Positions 14,641 to 26,864 of a stretch of DNA of 64,000 nt are shown here, one piece after another. The notes under the pieces are model-generated. The model saw only the letters and a program-made list of their open reading frames with translations, was not told the origin of the DNA and made no database searches. Location: positions 112,344,001 through 112,408,000 of the forward strand of contig OZ024743.1 in assembly GCA_964016885.1 (NCBI GenBank), given 5' to 3'. This DNA is from Eledone cirrhosa. Lineage: Eukaryota. Position numbers and translations under genes: made by a program. Within the stretch, counting starts at the first letter, position 1; each line of letters starts with the position of its first letter.

Positions 14641-14924
14641 TAATAATAATAATGGTTTCTTTATTGGCCACAAGGGCTAACATGAAGAAAAACATTACAG
14701 ACGGCACAGGACGGTACAGAACGATACAAAGTGGGTTTTGGTCGTGTAAACAGGTTATAACAAGATAGAAATCGGGATAGAAATTAAAAAAAATTCAAAC
14801 AATAAAAATTCCCCAAGAAGGGGGGAAACCTCCGAGGGTCACTCGTGGTGAAAACCACAAAACAGACCATGGCCACCCTGACCAGCAGGGCAAGCGCCCT
14901 CTCTCACTTTTCCCACGCCTCAGT

Positions 14925-17900
14925 CTACAGGCGTATACTCAAAGCGGGCCCGTTCACTCGGACCAGACTCGCCACTTTCACCCACCTTTCAACAAACTTA
15001 CTAGAAGACAGCACTTGCCTCTCCACCCTGATTTTCCTCTTCAAGTGAAACTTGAAAAAGTTAATCAGGGATTAGCCGCATAGGAAAGCGTCCGTCTTCA
15101 GCCCTTTCAACCTTGTCCACCACACAAACTCTTTCGCCATGGCCACCAGGCAGATGAAAACTGCCTGCCCTTCCTTCTCTTTAAAGGAGGATGGCGGGGC
15201 TATCTGTACAATGGACTCAGTCGATAACCGGATCTGTCCTACACGCGACAGCAGCTGTTCGACATAGCTCCGCAAGTCAGCAATCCTCGAGCACTGAACG
15301 AGTGCGTGCAGGACGGTTTCGTCGCCGTGCGCACATCGCGGACAGGCTCGGCTGACAGCACCTCCGTGTCTGTAGAGCTTATCCCGAACCGGCAACGCTC
15401 CCTGGTAGCACTGCCAGGCCAGGGATTTCTGAAAGTTCTCTTGAAGAGAGCGAACAGCTGATCGTCTTCGACGCCCAGTGTCTACCCGAGAACGTCGTCG
15501 CTCTTTCCCTCCACTAGCCCTCTATAGGACATCGAGGTGGATGTTCCACTGATATTAGTGCCAGCTTCCAAGCGCTATCTCTCGATCTTTTCCTGATCCA
15601 GGACTGCAGCTCCGTCAAGGCGCCGAGCTGGGGAAAAGCGCGTTTGGCAAACGGAGACCACACCTGTTCACCGTCAAGGAAGCATCAGAGATGTCACAGC
15701 CTCAGTGCATGTTTGAGCACCATCAGCCACGGCATGCCTAGTTTTCCACGGAACTGGTGTTGACAGCAAATAGATCATCTGACCATGGCAGCATGTCCCT
15801 TCCACAAAAGCGGAAGAGAAGGCGATCCATTTTGGTCGGAGTTGGGTGGGGACACGGTGCGACGGTCAGGCGGTAGTAGATGACGGATGCGACGTACGCA
15901 TTCGCCACCTCCTCCCGACCTTTCAGAGACAGTCTCCTCTCGGCCCATTTCTGGGTGAGAGAAGCCACCCTGCTCGTCACCTCGCTCCAGTTTTTCTCGA
16001 TCTGGAGGTCCGGACGGAACCAGACCCCGAGCAATTTAACCGGTCCTTCCGTCCAGCGGCCCACGACGCTGTCGGACGGCATGGACTTGCCTCTCCAGGT
16101 GCCGAGTTGCAAGCCCACCGACCTTTCCTGGTTTATATTTGCTCCTGTCACCGCTTCGAATTCCTTGAGAGCGGTGTCGAGCATCTGGACATGTTTGGTG
16201 CTCGACACCACCACGGTGACGTCGTCGGCGTAAGCTGACATGGATCTCCCGCATCTCAGTTCGCGTGGGACCCCCTCAATTTGTGCAGTAACGGCTCTAG
16301 GGCCAGTACATACAAGAGAGACGAGAGGGGGAAACTCTGGCGGACCGAGCGCATCATGCTGAAAGGTTGCGACAGGTGACCATTCACCCTCACAATCAAG
16401 CAGATGTCGCTGTGCATCGCAGCGATCCAACCCCTAAAACCGGGCCTGAAGCCTTGCCGCCTCGAGAACCGCAGCCAGGTACCGATGGTCGACCCTATCG
16501 AATGCTTTAGATTGGCAAGTTGATCAGGGCCCCACCCGTGTCAGGGTCCTTAACCACCCTCTCTATGATGTATCGCATGACTTGGAGGTTGTCGTGGATG
16601 GATCTGTCCGGAATGGCGCATATTTGCGCCTCTCCCACCAGATCACCGACGACAAGCGCCAATCTCTTTGCTAACACCTTGGCCAAAATCTTAAACTCTG
16701 CGTTTAGAAGAGTTATGGGCCTGAAGTTGTCTATAACGTCCCCTTTGTTCGGGTCTTTTCTCAGCAGCTCCACCGCTCCCCAGCTCACAAAACTGGGAAT
16801 GCTCCCGTTCTGCTGCCAGTTGCAGTAGACATCTGCCAAGAGGTTGCCAAACAAGTCTGGCATATACGCATAAAGCTCGTAGGGCAGACCCAAACCTGGC
16901 GATTTACCCCTCGTGTAGTCAGACATCGCTTCCCGTATTTCACCTTCTGTTATCGGCCTTTCGCAGCACTGCACTGCGGTCATCGAGAACCGCAGCAGTC
17001 CGTCGAAGTCCATACTCCGACCCGGCCCGCGCCGCTTCCGAACAATTGAGCATATTGCTGTTGAAAAGCCGCACACATCTGCTCGGCAACATGCGCCCGT
17101 TTTGATCAGGCAAAGACCGAATTGTGGACTTGTTGCCACGTCGCGCTTCAACCACCCGGGCCCATTGAACGGCTTTCGGCCCCTCGTGGCTTAAAGCACG
17201 TGCTCTAGCTCTGACAACGCAGCCTTCATGCTTTGCGTTGAATAATTGGTCGAGTGCCAATCTCGCCGCAAGCACGTCGGTTGCGATGCCTGTCCTAAAC
17301 GCGTCTTCTAGCTTTCTAACTAACTCTTCCTCTACTCTATTTTCCTCTATCACTACTACTTTGCGAAATCTTATATATTCTACTCTAATAGCCCTTTTCA
17401 GGGTAAACCACCACCTGTTGTTGACGATCACACCCGTCAACACACGCTTAACTAATTCGTTAATCCGGTTTCTGTAAGCTTTGCGCGCCAGGAACGACGC
17501 GTTCTGCTTCCAATAACCGGGCCCTTGCCTATGATGTCTATCTCAGTCAACTTCACAAATCACAAATTTGTGGTCCGTGTAGTCGATTACTTTAAATTGT
17601 GGACAACCTACACTAGCCATATCTGTTTCCCTACAGAATACCCTATCTAAATACGATCTGGATGAACCGGTGCGGTTTGCCCATGTCCACATTGGCACAT
17701 TCGGAAATCCAGTATATACCTGTCAGACAATTGAAAACGTCTGAGCAGGTTGTTGAGGCTTTTAGACCCTCCTGCCCTGTCTACTAGCCCCACATAATCC
17801 CAGCGAGCATCTAAGATACCGTTCCATCGCCCACTAACACTAAAGAGCGGGACATTCCAAGAAAGGTCTCTAGACGTCTGAAGAAATCTGGCCGTCCTGC

Positions 17901-18097
17901 CCCTATTGGGGCGTAGACGGCTACTAGCCTGAAAGCATTGCCTTCGCTGTCGGTCACGTCCAGAACCACCGACGTACCTTCTCGCTGATGGCCACCACAT
18001 CTATGTTTAGTGACCTGAGGTCGTTGAGCAGGTGACCCTGCTACCATGATGACCACAGGCCACGTACATTTATACTGCCTATTCTAAGTACGGCCAT
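14925..18097 (-). pseudogene. Tx1-like ORF2 (APE endonuclease and reverse transcriptase), disrupted
   Basis: Starts MAVLRIGSINVRGL; contains VAVYAP, LVLVGD, YLDRVF, TDHK, KSPG, NFRPITLLNAEFKILAK, YADD and CPRCAHGDETVLHALVQC. Many frameshifts and deletions. Confidence 0.92.
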
Positions 18098-19702
18098 GTT
18101 GGATGAGAAACGGGGCAAGTGAGAAAGGATCACTTACCTTGATCGTGTGGTGAAGGGATAGTAGAACCATCTCTTCGGCTGGTCATGGGTGGCTCCAAGA
18201 TGATATCTGTATAGATTCTCTTTGAGAGTGGCCCTCTGAAATCCCCAACTGGTTATAGTCTTCCAGGGTTGTTGCTGTTTTCTTGTTGTTGCGGTTGGGT
18301 ATGTGTGCATTTTGTGTTTGCGATGTTGCTGTTTGTGGTGATGCTGGGGGTTGTGTGGCTGTTGTTGGTGGTGATGCCTGTGGTGGTGATGGTGGTGGCG
18401 TTGGTGCAAGCCGCGTTGCAGCTTTTACCCTTCTTTGTTTATCCTCGCTTTTGGAGGTCGAAGCTAAGGGGTTCTTTCTTTTTTGTTTTTTGTAGCAGAC
18501 CTTTTGCCACTTCATACTCCATGTCGGATTCTGTGGCGTCTGCGAGGGGTATGCGCTCCCCGGCTGTTGGTGATGGTAGTATAGCCTTCTCTGGCCATTT
18601 TGTTGCTGGTGCAGTTACTGCTAATGTAGATCTGGTGTTGCCGCCACTGCTGCCGCTGTTTTAGTTGTCCATGGCATTAGTATGGGTGCCACGGACGTTG
18701 CCCTCCTACTCACTGTGGATGGGTCTTCTGTTACCTGCCCTGCTCTTTGTAGCAGCGGATCAGGCGTTGGAAGGAGAGGGGCCCTCTTCTTGGCTATCTT
18801 CTGCGGGCAAAAGGCCCTGAGGTGACACTTTTGCCCACAGAGATAGTACTTTGGGCGCCTTCCTTCCACGGTTATAGGTCTATCATATCTGGGATGGCCT
18901 CTATACACTCTTGGCCAGTTTGTATTACCATTTGCATGCCTATACCTGACCAGTTCTCTCTTCCCATTCTCTGTACTTGCAGCATAGTGGTCCTGTCCTC
19001 GATTCCAGCAAGGACTGACGTGGCCAGCCAAGGTATGGGAACGTCGGGCGGGACCTGCGTCACTTTGACCCTCACAATTGTCTGCCCGCAGTAGGATGGT
19101 AGCAAGACTATCTCCTCACTCTTTAGGGTTTCCAAAGAGTAAGACTTGGCCTCTTGGTGGGTGGCGAAAAGTACGTCTACTGTGGCATACTTTTTGCCTC
19201 GGGTGATGTGGATTTTGCGCGCCCATACGCACCCCAAGGCCTTTTGGATTTGAGCCTCCCTGGCTCTCTCCACACGATGTGACATTTTTTTTAAGGTGCG
19301 GTAAGTCACCGTCCGTAGCTGCTGGTCTTTGAAGAAATCGAGTGGAGGTTTCAGGGAAACTCTATTGTCGTTTCTTGTCACCATGGCCCTTGCAACTGCC
19401 ATCTCCTCCTCTGTGACTAGTACTGTTTCTATGTTTCGGGCCACACCCGCGAAAGAAGTAGCCCCTTTTTCAGCGGCACCATTATTGCTGCCGCTACGGC
19501 TGCTACTGGTTTTGTTGTTGGTGCTGTTGCTACTGCTACAAACGGTTTTACTTGTGCCGCCGTTGTTGTTCTCGGTGCAATTTGTATTGTTGCTGTTGGT
19601 GTTGTCGTTATTTACTTTCTTGTTAGTAGTGTTAATATCGTTGTTTTTTTCTGTTGTCTCTATTTTGGTTGTCGCTGTTACTGTTGTGGTTGGTGTGGTC
19701 AT
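18080..19702 (-). pseudogene. Tx1-like ORF1 with Thr/Asn-rich N-terminus and degenerate zinc knuckle
   Basis: ORF 18872-19702 continues after a frameshift into ITVEGRRPKYYLCGQKCHLRAFCP (CCHC-like). The 3' end is approximate. Confidence 0.8.
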
Positions 19703-20062
19703 TTTTTAAAAATAGTGTTCTCAGTCTTGTTGTCATTTCTGTCTTTGTTCACGTTGTTTGTGGTGGTGTTTGTTGTATCAATTTCTGTGTTCGCCGTAAC
19801 CCACCTCTCAACTTTTATGCCGCTGTCACGAGACAGCAGACATAATGCTGTCGGGCGTGGCTCGGCCATGTTTTTTTTATAATTTTTAAAAGGAAAATGT
19901 TCAAATATTTGGGCCAAAAGGCCCAAATATCATACTTTCCCCTTCACAGGGCAAAGTCAAGCGCTTATGTCCCTTACACAGCAACAAAAATTTAACAATA
20001 AATAATTTATGACAGGTAAATAAAGAGTTACGGGAGCGAGCAAAAAGACGTCCGATCAGACC

Positions 20063-20267
20063 AATAATAATAATAATTGTTTCTACTTTTGGCACAAGGT
20101 CACAATTAACCAGTGTATTACTGGTACTTTATTTTATCGACCCCGTAAGGATGAAAGGCAAAGTTAATCTCGGCCGTATTTGAACTCAGAATGAATGACA
20201 AGAGCCGTAACTCTATGCGTCAAAGCATGTCGCCTGACCCTCTACCGACACTGCCAATCCACCGCCT
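20063..20267 (-). mobile_element. SINE family A whose (ATT)n tail abuts the 5' end of Tx1 copy 3
   Basis: The minus strand reads GGCGGTGGATTGGCAGTG...GTAGAAACA(ATT)n. Confidence 0.9.
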
Positions 20268-20271
20268 TACC

Positions 20272-20462
20272 AATAAAAATAATAATGGTTTCTTATATAG
20301 GCACAAGGCCAGCAATTTTGGGGGAGGGGAAAGTCGATTAAATCGACCCCAGTGCGTGACTGGTACTTTATTTATCGACCCCGTAAGGATGAAAGGCAAA
20401 GTTAACCTCGGTGGGATTTGAACTCAGAATGTAAAGACTCGTAACTCTATACTACAAAGCAT
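20272..20462 (-). mobile_element. 5'-truncated SINE family A variant
   Basis: B box and core present; 3' end GGCCTTGTGCCTATATAAGAAACCATTATT. Confidence 0.85.
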
Positions 20463-20470
20463 TAAAATAA

Positions 20471-22076
20471 TGATTTCATTTATTGGCCACAGGGGCCGGC
20501 ATATAGGGGACAATACAAAAGACTGGGACAGTGGGGTTTTACAGAAAAATCGAGTAAACAATATGAATAACAATAACAAATAACAAGAAAAATACAAGAA
20601 AAATTGCCCAATAGGAGGGATGACCACTCAAGGTTCGCTCAGGTACCCCACCAATCCTGAACGACCCGACGCTTCGAGAGCACCCTGGAAGGGCACCCCT
20701 CTCCTCCTCAAATTTACCCACCTTCAGGCGCATGACCAGAGTAGGCCCACTCACACGGGCCATTCTCGCTACATTCACCCACGTTTCAGCAAATGTACTG
20801 GGGGACAGCACCTCTCGCTCCACCCTCACCTTCTTTCCAAGTGAAACTTGAAAAAGTTGATGAGGGATTGGCCGAAGAGAAAAGTGTCTGTCTTCAGTCC
20901 TTTCAACTTCGTCCACCATACAACCGCTTTCGCTACTGCCATCAGACAGAGGAAAATTGCCTGCCCTTCCTGGCCAAAAGAAGGCGACTGGTCGATCTTC
21001 ACTATGGACTCGGCCGATAGGCGGATCCGTTCTACACGCAACAATAGCTGTTCGACATAACTCCACACGTCAGTAATGCACGGACACTGGACGAGTGCGT
21101 GCAGAACGCATTGCCCGCCTGGCAGAACTGACCGCGTTGTCCGCCTGATAGAGGGCAGTGAGTGCCTGACAACATTCCAGATGACAGTCACCCAGTCTCG
21201 GTCTCTTCTTGACCCAGGACTGCAGCTCAGTCAAAGAGACGAGCTGCGGAAAGGCCGGTCTGACAAACGGCGACCACACCTGTTCACCGTTTAGGCAGAA
21301 TATCTTCAGATGCCGCAGGCTCAGCGCGTGTCTGCGCATCATTAGCCTCGGCATGCCCAGCCCTCCACGTAGAGGGTGCTGGCAGCAGATGGACCGCCTC
21401 ACCAACAGAAACTTACCCTTCCACAATAATTTGAAGAGGAGCCGCTCCAAGATGGCGAGGCGCGAACGGGGACAAGGGACGACGGTCAGACGGTAGCAGA
21501 TGACGGACCCGATGTACGCGTTCGCCACCTCCGCCCGACCTTTCAGTGATAGCGTTCTCCCAGCCCATTTCTGGGTGAGACTGGCTACCCTGCCCGTCAC
21601 CTCGTCCCAATTCTTATCTACTTGCCTCTCCAGGTGCCGAGTTGCAAGCCCACCGACGTTTTCGGGTTAAGTTTTGCTCCCGTCAACCTTTCTTATTCCT
21701 CCAATAATTTGCCGACCACCTCGATTTCTGAGGTGTCCGACACCATCATGGTGATGTCGTCCGCATAAGCCGACACAGCCTTTCCGCGTCCCGGTTCGAG
21801 CGGGATGCCCTGCAACAGCTCCAACTTCCGCAGTAAAGGCTCGAGAGTCAATACGTAAAGAAGGGAGGAGAGAGGGCACCCTTGATGGACCGATCGGGAG
21901 ACCTGAAACGGTTCCGAAAGGTGGCCATTAATTTTGACCACCGAGCAGGTGCCGCCGTGCATTGCAGCGATCCAGTTTCTGAAGACGGGGCCGAAGCCAG
22001 CCGCCTTGAGGACAGCCTCCAGGTACCGATGGTCGACCCTATCGAATGCTTTCGATTGATCTAAATTGATCAGAGC
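20471..22076 (-). mobile_element. 5'-truncated, internally deleted Tx1-like LINE (copy 4) with 17-bp target site duplication
   Basis: LDQSKAFDRVDH, HQGCPLS and YADD; ACAAAGCATTAAAATAA duplicated at 20454-20470 and 22077-22093. Confidence 0.92.
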
Positions 22077-22093
22077 ACAAAGCATTAAAATAA

Positions 22094-22320
22094 GAATATT
22101 AATTGTTTCTACTTTAGACAACGGCTAACAATTTGTTTTTTTTTTGGGGGGGGGGATTAAATAGGCCTCACTGTTATTGGTACTTTATTTTATCGACCCA
22201 GTAAGGATGAAAGGAAAAGTTAAACTTGGGGTATTTTGAAATTAGAACGTAAAGAGCTGTAACTCTATACTGCGAATCATGCTGTTCGACGTTCTACCGG
22301 TTCTGCCAATCTACCAACCT
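22094..22320 (-). mobile_element. Diverged SINE family A
   Basis: TGGTACTTTATTTTATCGACCC and AAGGATGAAAGG core on the plus strand; an AAT tract lies at 22325-22333. Confidence 0.8.
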
Positions 22321-22858
22321 TAACAATAATAATACGTATACACTTAAGATAATTCTCAGAGAGATTCAGCGCTGACACAGTGCGTGACAAGTTTCATCAT
22401 TTGAATTACCAGTCAAAATGCAGTCGAGAAGGTCGAAGTATGTAAAATTAAGTATCTCGCCCAAAGCAACAAGAGACTTTCGTCGTCATGTGCTCCCTGA
22501 TCTGTAGGTGCAGCATCCTGTGTATGAGGAGTACGTTATAATGCACACTTCAATTATTTATTAAACGGTATGTTTAATAAATAAACCTTTTGAAAGCCCA
22601 GCTATGAATTGAAAGTCCGAGAGCCAGCGCCGTCTAGCGGATTCCAACAGAAGCAGCAGAGGATAACTCTCTCTACATTTCGAGCTATATATATATATAT
22701 ATATAAATAAATAGCTTAGAGTTTAGACTCAATGGGGTCATTTACAATCATTTCAGCTCTAAGAATCGCTTCTGAGCAGAATAAATTAATATTTGATGAA
22801 CATTTACATGTTTTAGTTGCAATTGACTAATAAAATCGCTAGAATGAAATATCTTAAT

Positions 22859-22945
<87 letters not shown>

Positions 22946-23217
22946 AAGGTATAGATTGAGTTTGAAACTCAAAATAGTCTGTTACAATTACATAGCTCAA
23001 AGAAAGAGGCTTTTCTGAGCCGTGTAATATAATTGAATTTAAAATAGAGATAAACACAGATATAAACATACATATGTTCAAATTGTAAGGGGCCAAGATC
23101 GACAGGTTGAAAAAAATACTAACTATTAACTATATGGTTTGCCAGACTCAATTTAAAATAATAAATCAAGAAAAAGAAAAACAAACCTATATGTGGTAAC
23201 TGCCGATTGAACTCGGG

Positions 23218-23310
<93 letters not shown>

Positions 23311-23744
23311 TTATTTATTTATTTATATTTATATATACACATACACACACATATATATATATATATATCATACATATATAAGTACGTATGTAACTATGAA
23401 TGTATGTATAGTATAGCAGGATGTCACAAAAATCCGGGAAAGTTAGCAGTTCAAACGTAAAGATTTAAATAAAAGGGTAAATAAAAAGAGGGAAAATTTG
23501 AAAAAAGTAGAGCCGTGTTTCAAAATATATATTCCACGGAATAATAATAATGTATGAATATTTCAGGTGAAACTTTTATCAAAAGAAATTAAGGGAAAAT
23601 CAAAGAGTAGAGAATGTAATATAACGTTTGAGCTCGGAACAATATATGTGCGAAATAAAATCCTAAACATATAGCAACTCCCGTTAAAACATCTTGCTCA
23701 ATTGAGCATGTTTCTTTTGAAATATATATGCTCGCAATGATGGT

Positions 23745-23958
23745 GTTATTTTGGCAGATTTAGTAGAGCGTCAGTTAAAATGCAATCGCTGTATGTGTCC
23801 CTGTCTTTAATTTCTGGGTTCTAATTGCGACAAGCTCAACATTACCTTTCATCTTTCTATGCTTGATCAAATAAAGTAGCAGTCAATTACAGTGGTTGAT
23901 GTAATCCACTTTAACCTTCCCATAATGTTACTGGTCTTGTGCCTAAATTAAAGTTCAA
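23745..23958 (+). mobile_element. Highly diverged SINE family A
   Basis: TTGGCAGATTTAGTAGAGCG...CCTTTCATC...AAATAAAGTAGCAG...CTGGTCTTGTGCCTAAA. Confidence 0.6.
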
Positions 23959-24368
23959 TATATATATATATGAATGAAAGAGTCGGAAGCCCGACGGCTG
24001 AGCTCTTGCCATTTCAACAGCTAATTCCAGACTTAATCGCAGATGTTTTAGTGGTGGAAAAAACTGTAATCATCAGGAGATCCGATGTCCAAATATAGGG
24101 ATACACTCTTTACCTAATATATATATATGTGTATATAGATATATAGATATATACAATTATAAGTGCGAAGAAAGAATAAACAAAGAATTACCTTTGTTTT
24201 TTCTTTGTCTATTCATTCTTTCCTCGCATTTATAATTTGATAAATAGCTCTGATTAAAGGATTATTTTAATTCTTCTGGTTCTTTTAATTCGTTCGGTCA
24301 TGGAGGAAAACTGGTTAAGGCGGGATTTATATTTATCTATTTATATATATCAGTGTGTACCTTATTAC

Positions 24369-24500
<132 letters not shown>

Positions 24501-24773
24501 CGATATATTAACAAAGAGAAACAATATTTATAAAACCATATTTATTTCATTATAGATATTTCAAGGACACCAAGTTAAATTATGGTGTGCCCCCGGGAGC
24601 TTCCAACAGAAATGGCCGCATTCTTTAAAGGTATGTCAATATTTATTTATAAAACTGATCTATATTATATTTTATCTGATGAAAGCACACCATAATTTAA
24701 CTTGGTGTCCTTGAAATATGTATAATGAAATAAATATGGTTCTATAAATATTGTTTCCATTTGTTAATATATC

Positions 24774-24774
<1 letters not shown>
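24501..24774. repeat. Inverted repeat with about 90-bp arms, embedded in (TA)n
   Basis: 24501-24590 is an imperfect reverse complement of 24685-24774. Confidence 0.9.
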
Positions 24775-24827
<53 letters not shown>

Positions 24828-25122
24828 TTGCACTGTATGTCCACGAAAGAACATCAAATAGCTGCAAAATTTGTTAAACTAAGCGACGTCTCATGCTCAC
24901 ATAGACACGCAGAACTCTATTAATATGCCTGGATGCTCCTGTATATGCGTATACATAAAGATGAAGATTTTAATATTAGATGTAAAGAAATCAGATATAA
25001 CTATATCTCTCTTTATACTGTATCATTTATATTTTTCTTATTAATTTAGGTAAAGAAACTACTTTTTCTATATGATTCATTTCCATCAGATAAACTAAAA
25101 TTTTGATGTGCATATTAAACCT

Positions 25123-25208
<86 letters not shown>

Positions 25209-25283
25209 TGTGTGTGCGCGTGTGTGTGTGTAGATAGATAGATAGATAGATAGATTTGTGACTCACGCACACACACACACACA

Positions 25284-25318
<35 letters not shown>

Positions 25319-25334
25319 CATACATATATATATT

Positions 25335-25381
<47 letters not shown>

Positions 25382-26024
25382 TATATTATATATATATATT
25401 TAAATATATTCTCATTACTAAATTAATTAAAATCTAATTAGAACCGATGCCATACGAACGCAAATGATTATATCGCCCAAGGAGCCGATAAAACATCTGC
25501 AAGAGAATACGAACTCGCATCATAAAACATAGATATATATTCAATTATTCTGTTAGCCTTGACGTTCTTCATAACTAATTAATTACATTATTAATTAATC
25601 AGTTAACAGCTATTGAATGCAACTGTGAGTATTGCAGCCACATAGTATTCACAAAAATAACTGAGTTCACTTAGTGTTGATACCTACTACCAGAGAACGC
25701 ATTCTAGAACCAGCATTACGTAGAGTCAATGAAAAGCTTATCATCATCTCACATTCTCCCATCGCCTAGTTACAAATAGGAGCGATGTACAGTAGTCATC
25801 TTCCAAACCCAACACAAACTCTATCTATAACCCCACTAAAGGCAACGGCACAAATGCCATTAGAACGTTGGACAGACTGTTGTACGTTATTCGTTCTGAC
25901 TTCCTGAGTTCCAATCCTGCCGATGTATACTGCACCTTTCATTGTTTCGATGTGGATAAAATAGGTACCGGGTTCATCCTACTTGCCGCTTTCTCACTTT
26001 TGTGCTATTATTATCTTTCTCCTA

Positions 26025-26205
26025 GGGCGCTGGATTGGCAGTATCGGTAGAGGGTCGGACGCCATGCTTTGCAGCATAGAGTTACAGCCCTTTACTATCC
26101 GATTTCAAATCCCGCTGAGGATAACTTTGACTTTTATCCTTACGGGGTAGATAAAATAAAATACCAGTCACGCACTGGGGTCGATTTAATCGACTTTCTC
26201 CTCCT
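26025..26205 (+). mobile_element. SINE family A lacking its 3' tail
   Basis: GGGCGCTGGATTGGCAGTATCGGTAGAGGGTCGGACGCC...GCACTGGGGTCGATTTAATCGAC. Confidence 0.85.
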
Positions 26206-26291
26206 TTTCTGATAGAATCGATAGTGTTCAGATTTGGTTTCAAATTCCACCGAGTCCAACTTTAATTTTCGCACGCACACACACACACACA

Positions 26292-26389
<98 letters not shown>

Positions 26390-26495
26390 AATATATATAT
26401 ATATATATGTGTGTGTGTTAAGGTGCAAGTTAATTGCGCCCGTGGGCGGTATGCCGGGTGTCCACTCCATGTTCTTGGTGAGCAGATCATCTATA

Positions 26496-26772
<277 letters not shown>

Positions 26773-26786
26773 GTATTAATATATAA

Positions 26787-26864
26787 AGCTGGCATGCCAA
26801 ACTACCTCCCCGTGGTGCCAGCTCGGTGGTCTAAGGTTACTCCTCGACCAGCGAACAGTTCGGC
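26787..26864 (+). ncRNA. HDV-like self-cleaving ribozyme fold at the 5' end of the RTE LINE
   Basis: P1 AGCTGGC/GCCAGCT; P2 GCCAAACT/AGTTCGGC (1 mismatch); P3 ACC/GGT; L3 TCCCCGT; P4 TGGTC/GACCA; J4/2 GCGAA with putative catalytic C26852. Confidence 0.8.

Larger units (their letters stand above)
14654..20062 (-). mobile_element. Full-length disrupted Tx1-like LINE (copy 3), flanked by (AAT)n
   Basis: 5' UTR, ORF1, ORF2 (APE endonuclease, RT, zinc motif) and a 3' UTR ending GTGGCCAATAAAGAAACC(ATT)n. Confidence 0.93.

Noticed and set aside
24676-24700. CTGATGA as a hammerhead core
   Set aside because: No stem II and GAAAC follow it.
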